The notes under the pieces are model-generated. The model saw nothing but the letters and a program-made list of their open reading frames with translations, searched no databases and was not told the origin of the DNA. DNA of 32,000 nucleotides from an uncultured archaeon (GTDB lineage: Archaea > Asgardarchaeota > Thorarchaeia > Thorarchaeales > Thorarchaeaceae), in the NCBI GenBank assembly GCA_964354495.1, contig CAYHAA010000003.1:70507-102506 (forward strand), read 5' to 3'. Position numbers and translations under genes: made by a program. This document shows positions 15,189 to 25,087 of this stretch, piece by piece. Position 1 is the stretch's first letter, and every line of letters begins with the position of its first letter.

Positions 15189-18100
15189 ATGTACTTGATT
15201 ATGAAGTTTTATTCTGTGCATGTTCTAATCCTGATACTAGCTCTTGCCACTGTGATGGACTCGAATAACGCAACTGCTAGTTCTGGATTCACCAGTCCGT
15301 CGATGGGTTTCTCTTTAATCGATAGCAACGCAACTGAAGCTGGAATCACGCGAAACGTCCAGACAGGCTCCATGGCAATAATGAACAAAACGCAACTGGA
15401 GCAGAGCTCATATGTCGGCGGAGATATGGTCAAGGGATTTGAAGCACTGAACTACTCTACGACGAGTATCAATGTATTGATACCCAAACTATCATGTTTT
15501 GAAGAGATTTTTTCTGTATCCTCACGGTACTCCGTTAATCCTGTCTCATCACCTATAGATTTCTATAGTTCACTGAATAGCAGCAGCATCGCCGTTGTAA
15601 TGGAGTCTGCCTTAGCAGGACTTACTGATATGGAGCTGTCCGAGTTTGTCACAAATCTCGTTCGATGGGCAGAACAAGGGAATCTCCTAGTCCTAAATGA
15701 CATGAGGTCGCTTGATGAGGATATATGTAGAATCCTTGGAATTAGCTTCCTTGAAACTAAAGTGAGCAATACCTCAACATATCAGGTGAAATTCAAATCA
15801 CCCAGTCCGTTGACACACAATAGAGTTTACAGGGAACTTGAGTTGGATGTGATTCCGACCTGCTTTTTAGTAGTCAATCCTCAGATATCGGAAGCTGTTG
15901 CATCCATTGAAGAGCAAGAACTGCCGTGTGTTGTCTTATCAACACTAGGTAAGGGATTTGTCTTCACTATCGGATTCAACGCGGGATCCATTAAGATACC
16001 AGGATTGCCCACTTTTCGGGGAGTCTTGGAAAATCTATTCGAAATGTACGGGAGTGTACACTTCTACCTCTGCACGGACAGCTTATCTGTTGCAAACCCC
16101 TCTTCACCGCATCTTCACGCAATGCAAGGAAATGAGTCGATACTAGTTGAGATGAGAGAAGTGATTTCCTCTCTGTCTTCGCTTGGTTTCAACGCCTTTG
16201 GGAGTAATCTACTATATGCCGACCACAACGGAGGATACTTTGGCTATGCGTCATTTCATGGGGGATTGCAGTCCTTCGTGCGAATATTTTCTAGTTTTAT
16301 CAGCATAGCATATGATGATACACCTCATATTATTCTATCGAATACAACAAGGATACCCTCTTCTTGCTCCGATGTCTTTTCCAAGATTGATCCTCTGCCT
16401 GTCACTACATTATTTTGGCCTGCTGGCTGGAATCCTCCCGATGTGCCATACTACCATCTTGCACCAACAAAACAGTACTCTCATGACATGGGTAGTGACC
16501 TATGGACGCCTCAGAGTGTAGAAGAGGTCATCAGAGCCGATGACGCTAGGAACCTCGGACCTGCCGGTGATGGTGTCAAAGTAGTCATGGTAGATACGGG
16601 TTTTTCTCGTAATAGAATTAGTGACCCTAACAACCCTGACTATCCCACTGAGCTTGGTTACCATCCATATTACGAGGAATACTGGCGCTACAAAGATCTT
16701 ATGGAATTCCAGTACGCTGGTCATTGGGCTGGAGGCTACAATCCGGACGAGGATACCTATGGCCATGGCACTGGAATAGCATCCAACCTGTTTGCAGTTT
16801 CACCAGATATAGAATTTCACTTTGTCCCGTACTGGGACACAGTGGATGCATTCAGAGTAATACTCGAGGATATTGAGCCGGACGTAGTCACATGTAGCTG
16901 GGGTTGGGCAGGGGAGGATATTCCTGCAATCCCAGCTCTGCAAGATCAGATTAGACAGCTCGCAGAGAATGGGGTAATTGTTGTATTCTCAGGAGGAAAT
17001 GGAGCATACGATAGAACTTGGCCCTCCAGTGAACCGTGTGTTGTATCGGTCGGTGGTGCTTACGTTGACTCTAGTGGGGGCCTCGAAGCATCCAACTATG
17101 CTTCTAGTGGCAGAGAGCCGGCCTTCAACGGCAGAGTTGTCCCTGATGTCTGTGGGATTGTTGGACAACAGCCCTATGGGGTGTTAATCGAGATGCCCAC
17201 TGAGCCAGAGTCAACAATGGATCAAAAGCTTAGTCAGGAGTGTCTTGACGGAACCGGTTATTCGGACGGATGGTGCGTTTTCAGCGGTACGTCGTCAGCA
17301 GCTCCACAAGTCGCAGGTCTAGCTGCTTTGATGAAGGAACTGGAACCCGACTTAAATGTGGGTAGGTTCAAGCATATAGTAATGACAACCTGTACTGATA
17401 TAGTCACTGGACAGAGCTATGATGAGGATGTAGCAGAAAAAGGGTTCGATAAAGCAACTGGAGCAGGCCTGATTGATTGCTATCGTGCGATAAAGACCAT
17501 GCTAGAGTATTCCTCGTCTGGTATTTACGAAGCCAAGACGGAGCCGGATGGGAAATTCATGAACTTCTACTCCTTTACCGGCCCTCATGGACCCAGTTAT
17601 CACGCCGACACAGCTGGAAGTACTCAGTCTGGATACTATTTCTTTGGCTATCTCGTATCACGCGATGGTGCGGTCATGACTCGCCAATACGATGCGTCTG
17701 CAGGATGGTTTCGGATAGCAGGATGGTTCCGCCAATACGACACCTTCACTCCCTCTTTGCAGCCAGGTAGGAGATATCTGGATATGTATGTCCTGTCTGT
17801 AGATGGGAACCAACTAATCAAAGCGGTTAGAATCTTAGACCATGATGATGGCACCAACTGGATATACGTTAATGCTATCGTAACAGACCTTCCAGAGTAT
17901 GGTATGGTTCGAGTGGCCTTCGGAAGATATGACTGTTGGTCGACTGACTGGCAACTCACCGCTGAGTGGGCCAATGTCAATATCTATTCCTATGATCAAT
18001 GGTGGCCGGACACAATCTACGATGGTAGATACTATAGATGGGGATCATCAATTGCACCTGAATCTCATTTGGGAAACACCTACAGAATAGACACAATAGG

Positions 18101-18482
18101 TAGCAGTGAGTATAGCTACTACTTCTTTGGCTATGCATCAGACTATAATCCGTATCTAGGACCTAACACCAAGATATCGATTGCTGGTTGGTTCAGGCAG
18201 GATGATACGTTCGATTCAGATTTGCAGGAAGGTCGAAGATACCTTGACCTCTATGTCATTGACCGCCTGTCTCAACCATGGGCGGTGAAGGCAACATTCA
18301 GAATTCTGGACTACTATGATGGCACAGATTGGGTGCACAGACGATTGGTCTTCCAGATGCCGAGTAATCTCCCTGCAGACTATTATTATATTGCTATTGG
18401 GAGATATGACTGCTGGATGTACGACTGGCACCTAACAGGAGAGTGGAACAATATCCAACTTGTCGTAGGTCCGTCCTTCTAG
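15189..18482 (+). CDS. Secreted S8 (subtilisin-like) serine protease with long N-terminal extension and duplicated C-terminal domain
   Basis: Signal peptide; triad VVMVDTG, YGHGTGIA, FSGTSSAAPQVAG; two ~130-aa C-terminal repeats. Confidence 0.9.
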   Translation: MYLIMKFYSVHVLILILALATVMDSNNATASSGFTSPSMGFSLIDSNATEAGITRNVQTGSMAIMNKTQLEQSSYVGGDMVKGFEALNYSTTSINVLIPKLSCFEEIFSVSSRYSVNPVSSPIDFYSSLNSSSIAVVMESALAGLTDMELSEFVTNLVRWAEQGNLLVLNDMRSLDEDICRILGISFLETKVSNTSTYQVKFKSPSPLTHNRVYRELELDVIPTCFLVVNPQISEAVASIEEQELPCVVLSTLGKGFVFTIGFNAGSIKIPGLPTFRGVLENLFEMYGSVHFYLCTDSLSVANPSSPHLHAMQGNESILVEMREVISSLSSLGFNAFGSNLLYADHNGGYFGYASFHGGLQSFVRIFSSFISIAYDDTPHIILSNTTRIPSSCSDVFSKIDPLPVTTLFWPAGWNPPDVPYYHLAPTKQYSHDMGSDLWTPQSVEEVIRADDARNLGPAGDGVKVVMVDTGFSRNRISDPNNPDYPTELGYHPYYEEYWRYKDLMEFQYAGHWAGGYNPDEDTYGHGTGIASNLFAVSPDIEFHFVPYWDTVDAFRVILEDIEPDVVTCSWGWAGEDIPAIPALQDQIRQLAENGVIVVFSGGNGAYDRTWPSSEPCVVSVGGAYVDSSGGLEASNYASSGREPAFNGRVVPDVCGIVGQQPYGVLIEMPTEPESTMDQKLSQECLDGTGYSDGWCVFSGTSSAAPQVAGLAALMKELEPDLNVGRFKHIVMTTCTDIVTGQSYDEDVAEKGFDKATGAGLIDCYRAIKTMLEYSSSGIYEAKTEPDGKFMNFYSFTGPHGPSYHADTAGSTQSGYYFFGYLVSRDGAVMTRQYDASAGWFRIAGWFRQYDTFTPSLQPGRRYLDMYVLSVDGNQLIKAVRILDHDDGTNWIYVNAIVTDLPEYGMVRVAFGRYDCWSTDWQLTAEWANVNIYSYDQWWPDTIYDGRYYRWGSSIAPESHLGNTYRIDTIGSSEYSYYFFGYASDYNPYLGPNTKISIAGWFRQDDTFDSDLQEGRRYLDLYVIDRLSQPWAVKATFRILDYYDGTDWVHRRLVFQMPSNLPADYYYIAIGRYDCWMYDWHLTGEWNNIQLVVGPSF

Positions 18483-18532
18483 ATTAGAACATAGCCTCCT
18501 TTGTTTGACAGTACAGAAAGCTCTGATAGTTT

Positions 18533-18600
18533 AGCCCACAGACCGCCCCTTGCCTGTTTTGAACTCATAGAGACTGTGGTATTCGCGGGTTGGTATCTGT
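18533..18600 (+). repeat. Dispersed direct repeat copy C2
   Basis: 44/52 identity to C1 core (18533-18584); TATCTGT shared with C4. Confidence 0.88.
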
Positions 18601-18707
18601 GAATACAGAAACCTTGCTGTTTAAATATATATTATTGTGTTTCAGTATTATATACATTATGGTCTTGAAATGCCTGTAGTTCGATGAGTACTTGGAAATG
18701 ATATGAA

Positions 18708-19502
18708 ATGAAAGAAAGTCAAAATCCATCCACTATTCAACAAAGACTACCGCGAGAAGCTCAAAAATTCATACAAGAAATCAGACCATATTGTTCTTCG
18801 ATTGTTCTTGGAGGGTCAAGAGCAAAAAGTGTTGAATCAGAGGGAAGTGATATTGATTTATGTATAATATGTCCAAACAATCAAGGGAAGAGTAAGGTTG
18901 TTTCCTTCTTTCGCGGGATAGGCTCAGAGAAACCACAGCAAAGAGTTCTAGTTGATGCCAAGATTTTCTCAGAGGAGGAGTTTGTGACAGTAATACAAGG
19001 CACGCAGAATGCCTTCTGGTACACATTCATCAGTAATGGTTTGGTCATTCATGGTGCTGAAGTAAATGTAACCTTGTTTTCGCATCAATTTCGTAATACT
19101 GTGTGGGCAGCGATTGATGAATTGAGAGAATCGATTGACCTTATTGAAAAGAATGTATTCCCAGAAATCATAGGTTATAAAGTCTATTCAGCAATATCCA
19201 CTTGTTACACCATTGAATGTCTTCATTACTGCAGACCATTCTCTCAGATTGAAAGAGCAGAATTAATCAGCCAAGTTCTAGGAGATCAGAAACAAGTAAT
19301 GAAGACGCTCTATGATTGTATTAGAAAACGAATGAGAATGGAATTAGCAACGCAGGTCTTGAGCACTGATTTCAAACTAACAAAAACCGGACATTGTAGA
19401 ACTATAGTAGATTCAAACAACTTTGATAGGGCCAAACTCGAGCAATCGATTCAGCATGCCCTTCACCATGCTGAAGAACTTTATCATATACTAGGTGATT
19501 GA
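18708..19502 (+). CDS. Nucleotidyltransferase (MNT, Pol-beta superfamily) with C-terminal helical, possibly HEPN-like, domain
   Basis: IVLGGSRA......SDIDL motif, downstream VDAKI strand; helical C-terminal half. Confidence 0.8.
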   Translation: MKESQNPSTIQQRLPREAQKFIQEIRPYCSSIVLGGSRAKSVESEGSDIDLCIICPNNQGKSKVVSFFRGIGSEKPQQRVLVDAKIFSEEEFVTVIQGTQNAFWYTFISNGLVIHGAEVNVTLFSHQFRNTVWAAIDELRESIDLIEKNVFPEIIGYKVYSAISTCYTIECLHYCRPFSQIERAELISQVLGDQKQVMKTLYDCIRKRMRMELATQVLSTDFKLTKTGHCRTIVDSNNFDRAKLEQSIQHALHHAEELYHILGD

Positions 19503-19559
19503 ATTTCTTAATCTAGCATGACTGTGCGGTCATGCATGTTATATTGAGGATAAGTATTG

Positions 19560-19591
19560 AAAAAAAAGAAGGAGAGTAGGCTATGCTCTCC
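19560..19591 (-). terminator. Hairpin plus T-tract terminator of the minus-strand S8 gene
   Basis: Minus strand GGAGAG-9nt-CTCTCC followed by TTCTTTTTTTT, 23 nt after the stop. Confidence 0.55.
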
Positions 19592-19613
19592 AATTATTCG
19601 CTCGATATGTTCA

Positions 19614-21440
19614 CTACGATGCCGTTAGAAGTATTTCAACATCATAGTAGTCCCCGGACTGACTGCATACTACTATTCGACCATAATAGGTGCCAGTGTA
19701 ATCTGCCCAGTATCCAGTATTTCGATTATTACCAGGATAAGAGGAGGCTACTAATTCCAGGTCCTCATCATAGATCTCAACTTTCAGGATTAGATCGGGG
19801 TCTCCATGTGCACTCACCCACATGAAATAATCTTCTTCACAGTTGAACTTGTACCAGTCTGCACCATCATCACTGTCACCAATCCATAGAGGTTCGTTGT
19901 ATCGAGTGTAGGATGACTCATACACATAGTTGAGTACTATAGGTGCATCCAGACTATTCGAAGATATGTCAGATGTAAGGAAATTATACTCGTCTTGTGC
20001 ATCGACTCTTCCAGCTCCATAGGAGCTATCCAAGCCTGGAGTTGAGTCTTCAGGCATATCAGTCGCAGCTGCCATCAGAAGGTTCTTCACATATGATTGA
20101 TTGTTCTCTGTTTGGCTTAGGTTACAATCATAATCAAGCCAGAGTGCACACAATCCTGCAACAAAAGCTGTTGCCATTGAAGTACCTGACATTTTAATAT
20201 AACCATCATTGTCATCGTAGTCTGCAGCTGTAATGTTAGTTCCAGGTGCAAGAATATCAGGTTTGATTCTATCATCGTCGCAAGGGCCGCGACCAGAATC
20301 TGAAGCCAGCTCCCAGCCATCGCCACTCTCATCAGGATCTACTGCATTTCCCGCGGTGATTACATACTTTCCAGTTCCTGGCTGAGCGATTGTGTCACTA
20401 GAAGGTCCCTCATTACCTGCAGCAACAACAACTACAAGTCCATATGTAGCAACAAGAGTGTCAGCAGCCTGAGCCAATGTGCCATATTCACCATAAGGAG
20501 TGAAACCCCATGAACAACTTACGATGTCTATCCCATATTCAGATTTGTTACCAGCAACCCAATCAAAGGCAGCAAGTGCATCTGACAATAAAATGGTTGC
20601 GTCATACTTTATTATCTTTACACCAACTAGAGCTGCTTCACTGGCAACTCCTCGATATGAACTGTTTGCATCACCTGACCCAGCAGCAATACTTGCACAG
20701 TGAGTACCATGTCCAAGATCATCGTAGGGTTCAGTGTGGATGGTTCCACTAATAATAGTGGAGGAATCATAGGGCACAGTATATTTTTCAAGCATTGTTG
20801 GGACAGAACTCGTGACCGAATCGTCACCGACCAAATCAACCCATCCAATAACCTTTCCACCATCAAGGTCGTAATGGCTATCACTAATTCCTGAATCAAG
20901 TATTGCAATAACGATATCATCCTTGCTATAACCTGTACTATTAGAATCTTTGTCCCCATCTAAGTCAGGATATTGAGATTGAAGCCAATCAACATCGGTG
21001 CGGTTCCTAGCTGAATCCATACAGACCGCATTTTCTTTAATATCAAGATCGATAAAACTCACGAATGAAAGCGTAGCAAGGTCGTATATCTGACTCGATG
21101 TGAGTCGTGCACTAAACCCTCCTAGATATTTCCAGATTCTAAGTAGTTGAACCTCACCCAAATTAGATTTAACTGAAGCTGAATAATCAATATTCGGGTT
21201 TTTACACATGACAACAACATCGAGTTTCTCAAATTCTGATATCTGAGATAGTTCAGGTGTTAGATGAGTACCCATCTTTTCCACTCCTAAAACTGGGTTC
21301 TCACCGGAAAAAACATTTGTCGGATGAATTTGAGCTAATGTCGGATAGCTCAAGATCAACATTAAAAGGATAAATCCACAATAGTGTATCCAATTCTTCT
21401 TTTTCGGCTTCTTGTTTGGTTTTGTTATCTCATTCTGCAT
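19614..21440 (-). CDS. Secreted S8 serine protease (AprX-like) with I9-type propeptide and PPC-like C-terminus
   Basis: IAILDSG, PYDDLGHGTHCASIAAG, VVVVAAGNEG, MSGTSMATAFVAG; C-terminal DGADWYKF. Confidence 0.92.
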   Translation of the reverse strand: MQNEITKPNKKPKKKNWIHYCGFILLMLILSYPTLAQIHPTNVFSGENPVLGVEKMGTHLTPELSQISEFEKLDVVVMCKNPNIDYSASVKSNLGEVQLLRIWKYLGGFSARLTSSQIYDLATLSFVSFIDLDIKENAVCMDSARNRTDVDWLQSQYPDLDGDKDSNSTGYSKDDIVIAILDSGISDSHYDLDGGKVIGWVDLVGDDSVTSSVPTMLEKYTVPYDSSTIISGTIHTEPYDDLGHGTHCASIAAGSGDANSSYRGVASEAALVGVKIIKYDATILLSDALAAFDWVAGNKSEYGIDIVSCSWGFTPYGEYGTLAQAADTLVATYGLVVVVAAGNEGPSSDTIAQPGTGKYVITAGNAVDPDESGDGWELASDSGRGPCDDDRIKPDILAPGTNITAADYDDNDGYIKMSGTSMATAFVAGLCALWLDYDCNLSQTENNQSYVKNLLMAAATDMPEDSTPGLDSSYGAGRVDAQDEYNFLTSDISSNSLDAPIVLNYVYESSYTRYNEPLWIGDSDDGADWYKFNCEEDYFMWVSAHGDPDLILKVEIYDEDLELVASSYPGNNRNTGYWADYTGTYYGRIVVCSQSGDYYDVEILLTAS

Positions 21441-21446
21441 AATACA

Positions 21447-21493
21447 ATCACCATATAGTATATTGCATATCAGTATGCAGTATCTTATATAAG
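21447..21493 (-). promoter_or_regulatory. Promoter and RBS of the AprX-like protease
   Basis: GGTGAT RBS (21452-21447), inverted repeat TGCATA/TATGCA (21464-21479), palindromic TATA element CTTATATAAG (21484-21493). Confidence 0.55.
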
Positions 21494-21727
21494 CTTATCG
21501 CAACTTTGAGTGTACAACTTCCAGCATTAGAGTGAAGAAAGTAGTCAATGGAACTTGAAACAGGTCTTGTTCGGTTATCATTTGGAATCGTAGAATCTTT
21601 CGAAACAGAATAGTCTAGCCAAGGAAACTTTCTCGTGTTATGTTATTTTGGAGATTTGGAAGGCACTCTGACCGAATCTTCTGGTACTATTTCATCGGGA
21701 TGATTTTCTTCTGAGGAAGGAGTATCT

Positions 21728-23602
21728 TCAAGGCCTGCCTTCTTTGTGCCAGTATATCTTGAGAACTGCCGCGATAATAACCACCATGCAGACAACTGAA
21801 ATTACACGTAGAACATAGGTCAATAGGTCAACTGGTTCTAGCTCACCAGTTTCAGTCAGAGTTGTAGCTGTACGATTCAGGGCATAATAGAATTCAGGGT
21901 TATATACCAAGGAATAGTAATCATCAATCTCATAGTCATCCATCAGAAAGGGACCACAGGTAATAAGAGGGTGCGTAAGATTGAAGATTGGATCCCATTC
22001 GTCCCATGTAATCGTGCCATTGTTGAAAAGGTGCTCTGGTACTATGTATCCAGAGGCAAAGTATGAAAAGTTCCTGTATGATTCTGTATCGAATTCCATT
22101 GCAATCCGATACGGGCTGAGTATATCAGTGGCAATGAGAGAGCTTGGAGGCATTCCACCATTATACCAGAAACTACCAGGGAGCGCGTTCGAGTGTCTAC
22201 TGACTAACTGCAATGTGAAGTTCACATCGTGTGCTGTGAGGGGGGTCCCATCGCTCCAGGTCGCATTCTCAAGTATATCGATGACATAGCGCGTATGTCC
22301 AACGGGAACATCAGGATTGCTAGAATTGTTTTGTACTGCGAGGTGCGTTACAAGATTGCCGATTGGCCTGAGTGAGGGGTCATAGTCATACAATGACGGA
22401 TAGAGGAGATCCAGAATCATGTGTGATGAGGATGACTCATAATTGAATATGTTGAAATTTGTAGGAGCTTCAACAATACCAACTGAAACACTCCCACCGT
22501 GCGAAGCCCCTATGGGACGTATCTGTCGAAGAGACCATGAACCAGAGATTCCTTCTCCCAGGTCATTGATATGATTCTCGAACAAGTCGGTTCGATATGC
22601 TTGATAAGTCTGTTTCAAGTAACAGACAAGTCTTGGAACGTTATACTGGAGAATCTTCTGCATCTCAGCAGCAGCTTCGTAGATTTCCTCATAGGTTGTT
22701 CCATTGAGAAGTTGGCTTCTCCAACTATCATAGGTGGCGTTGGCAAAATTCGATGGATTCTGATACTCAACGTCAGCATAGTCAGACCAGTACTCGTACG
22801 CTAACCAGTCAACATCATTACCTTGGAAGTTCGAAGCATAGAAGACCATATCATAGTTTCCATGGCTGCCCAGCCTTGAGATGAATTCGTCGAAGTCTGA
22901 TGCTTGGGTTTCCGCGTTGATACCTAGCCTTCGAAGTGCATCGACACCAATCTGAGCAATACCACCAGCAATCTCTGGGAATGATGCTGCATATTCGATT
23001 GTGATGTTGAAGGGTTCACCCTTGTAGGTTCGGCATTCACCTTCGTCATCATATGGAAATAGACCAGAATCATTCAGTAGTTGATCACCAATTGTGGTCT
23101 GATCAGTGTAATAGTGTGACGTGAATTGGTCTTCAACACACCATCCATTTGAAGAGGGAACAAGTGAGTCGTGTTCCTGTGAGAGACCACCCATGATTTC
23201 TTCAATTACGGCTGTCTTATCAAATGCAAAGGCAAATGCTCTTCTTAGAATGCTCTCGTTCAGTGGGGCATCACGACAGTTAATCGTGATATGACCATAA
23301 CCAATTCCAGCCACATTATTTCTCTCTATGAATGGGTCTGATGATGTCAGCGAACTAACCTGTGTTTCAGAGAGGAATCCTGTGTGCATATCGATGCTAC
23401 CCGATTGAAGGTCCAACATGAGTTGATTAGAGTCTTCAATGACATGGAAGGTTACTCTATCAATATAGGGTCCGATTCTTAGATTCTCATTCACTGAAGC
23501 CTGAAGCGCAGCTGTTGATGATGCTGTGTCAATCTGCGGTACAACTAGAAATGATAATACCAATGAGAGAACAAATACGAGTTTTGCCAGGCCGCTTTTC
23601 AT
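21728..23602 (-). CDS. ABC transporter family-5 (DppA/OppA-like) substrate-binding protein, membrane anchored
   Basis: Signal peptide, GPYIDRVTF, LRRAFAFAFDK, ATWSDGTPLTAHDVNFT, TCGPF, C-terminal TM helix; no permease or ATPase nearby. Confidence 0.9.
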   Translation of the reverse strand: MKSGLAKLVFVLSLVLSFLVVPQIDTASSTAALQASVNENLRIGPYIDRVTFHVIEDSNQLMLDLQSGSIDMHTGFLSETQVSSLTSSDPFIERNNVAGIGYGHITINCRDAPLNESILRRAFAFAFDKTAVIEEIMGGLSQEHDSLVPSSNGWCVEDQFTSHYYTDQTTIGDQLLNDSGLFPYDDEGECRTYKGEPFNITIEYAASFPEIAGGIAQIGVDALRRLGINAETQASDFDEFISRLGSHGNYDMVFYASNFQGNDVDWLAYEYWSDYADVEYQNPSNFANATYDSWRSQLLNGTTYEEIYEAAAEMQKILQYNVPRLVCYLKQTYQAYRTDLFENHINDLGEGISGSWSLRQIRPIGASHGGSVSVGIVEAPTNFNIFNYESSSSHMILDLLYPSLYDYDPSLRPIGNLVTHLAVQNNSSNPDVPVGHTRYVIDILENATWSDGTPLTAHDVNFTLQLVSRHSNALPGSFWYNGGMPPSSLIATDILSPYRIAMEFDTESYRNFSYFASGYIVPEHLFNNGTITWDEWDPIFNLTHPLITCGPFLMDDYEIDDYYSLVYNPEFYYALNRTATTLTETGELEPVDLLTYVLRVISVVCMVVIIAAVLKIYWHKEGRP

Positions 23603-23663
23603 AGCACAAATTCAAATGGCAGTCATGACACATAAAACTACTGGAAGAAGTCGTTAACAATTC

Positions 23664-23879
23664 TCAAATGTTATAGAATTCTCTCACATTTCGAATGATC
23701 TCTGCTTCTTCCTGAAGACCAGCTTTACGAAGTCGAACAGCAAACTCGGATAAGATCTTCATTGATGGACACACCCTGCATTTGCCAGATAACTCACCCA
23801 TTTTGTCAGCCATCTCACCCAAAATATCCTGCAAAGCTCGAATTAGAGCATCACGCTCTAGTAATCCTTTATCAGACAT
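23664..23879 (-). CDS. Small hypothetical protein with CxxC
   Basis: 71 aa, helical, CRVC; co-oriented downstream of the wHTH gene. Confidence 0.55.
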   Translation of the reverse strand: MSDKGLLERDALIRALQDILGEMADKMGELSGKCRVCPSMKILSEFAVRLRKAGLQEEAEIIRNVREFYNI

Positions 23880-23943
23880 TCTTAATCATTATGTCGTGTG
23901 GAGCAATGCTATTTTAGCATCTATTATTCATAGGTATCAATTC

Positions 23944-24255
23944 TCAGGTGCTAATTGAAAGAATTCTTGCAATCTTATAGATGCCTTCGGCCACCTCCCG
24001 ACCTCTGTCCGTCAGACCCAAATAAAGACGGGTCTTCTTCGTTAGCTCGTTGAACTGCTCACGTTCTTCAACGAGCCCCATTTCGACCAATGAGGTTCGG
24101 GTTTTCTCAAGAGCAGGTTGTGATGCAATTCCTTGATTGTCGTATCGTCTTATCAATTCCGAGATGAACTTGTCACCATCCAATAAAGATACTAAAAGAC
24201 GGAGTGCCCCTGTTCTCTCTAATCCTGCCAAGAGGTCAAGATTTGAATGTGCCAT
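23944..24255 (-). CDS. Winged helix-turn-helix transcriptional regulator (HxlR/MarR-like)
   Basis: GALRLLVSL...ISEL...L.EMGLV...YLGLTDRGREVA; ATG at 24255 preferred over the ORF start at 24303. Confidence 0.75.
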   Translation of the reverse strand: MAHSNLDLLAGLERTGALRLLVSLLDGDKFISELIRRYDNQGIASQPALEKTRTSLVEMGLVEEREQFNELTKKTRLYLGLTDRGREVAEGIYKIARILSIST

Positions 24256-24323
24256 ATCTGATTTCACGATGATGACAATACCGTAGTTAGATAAAATAAG
24301 CATTATGCATTCTGCACTATTGT

Positions 24324-24337
24324 AAGAGTCGACTCTT
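24324..24337. promoter_or_regulatory. Perfect 14-bp palindrome AAGAGTCGACTCTT (operator candidate)
   Basis: Self-complementary; 69-82 bp upstream of the wHTH ATG. Confidence 0.45.
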
Positions 24338-24482
24338 CTACTAAATTCACATGCAAACAGAAAAGAACATGTGCATTCGCTATGTGATTAATTCGACAAA
24401 CTCAGCATTAGACTGCAAACAATATCCACAGTAATGATGTTGGGTCATGGAGCTATACCGTAGGTTAAGAGCACAAAAGGAG

Positions 24483-24574
24483 CCACTAGCCCACAGACGG
24501 CCCCTTGCCTGTTCTGCGTTTGTAGAGATTGCGGTGTTAACGAGAATTCCAGATGTCAAAATGCATCATGAAGC
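24483..24574 (+). repeat. Dispersed direct repeat copy C3
   Basis: 49/52 identity to C1 core (24488-24539); distal TGTCA and GAAGC retained. Confidence 0.9.
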
Positions 24575-24647
24575 TGACATTGGCACCAACCGGTCTTATG
24601 ACTTGGAGACTCTAGTTTAATATGATACAACTTCATACCGTACACAG

Positions 24648-24869
24648 GTGGCCACAATGGAGCGGGATTCTATTTCAACGAGAGGGGACTCTACTTCAAA
24701 CCGCAATCTACTCGTTCTTGGAATTTCGCTAGTAATACTTGGAGGCGCTAATCCGGTTTCAGTTCATTTACCCTGGGTGGGTACCCTGCGATATTATTTT
24801 TTCATAGTAGGCGTCACACTCATAATAATGGCTGTGGTGTTCATGATAAAAGACCGCAAAACTCGTTGA
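24648..24869 (+). CDS. Small two-TM membrane protein (paralogue of 28799-28984)
   Basis: LLVLGISLVILGG...LRYYFFIVGVTLIIMAVVFMIKDRK; alternative ATG at 24657. Confidence 0.7.
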   Translation: MATMERDSISTRGDSTSNRNLLVLGISLVILGGANPVSVHLPWVGTLRYYFFIVGVTLIIMAVVFMIKDRKTR

Positions 24870-24875
24870 AGAATG

Positions 24876-24914
24876 GAGAGAGCAATCAGAGTGGGTTCCT
24901 TTTTTTGTTCTCTC
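24876..24914 (+). terminator. T-tract/hairpin terminator immediately before C4
   Basis: GAGAGAGCAA pairs with TTGTTCTCTC; T7 run at 24900-24906. Confidence 0.45.
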
Positions 24915-24925
24915 TCACTTCCTTC

Positions 24926-25021
24926 ACTAGCCGACCGACCGCTCCTTGCCCGTTGTGAGTCCATAGAGATTGCGGTGTTAACGAGGCCGCTATCTGTCAC
25001 AAGCCATATGGTGAAGCAAAT
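24926..25021 (+). repeat. Dispersed direct repeat copy C4
   Basis: 45/52 identity to C1 core (24929-24980); GAGGCC...CTGTCACAAG...GAAGCA shared with C1. Confidence 0.9.
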
Positions 25022-25087
25022 GAACCTGATGACTGCTATAGAAACGCTAATGGATTTCGCGATGATGTGCTTTAAGATGAAATCAAG

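Noticed and set aside
14312-25021. Repeats C1-C4 as a CRISPR array for the Cas12-like gene
   Set aside because: Intervals are 0.4-6 kb and contain whole genes; the repeats are long and degenerate.
14312-25021. Repeats as classical integron attC sites
   Set aside because: No RYYYAAC/GTTRRRY pair in a long hairpin; only a 5-bp ACCGC/GCGGT stem, which is broken in C3; no intI in the window.
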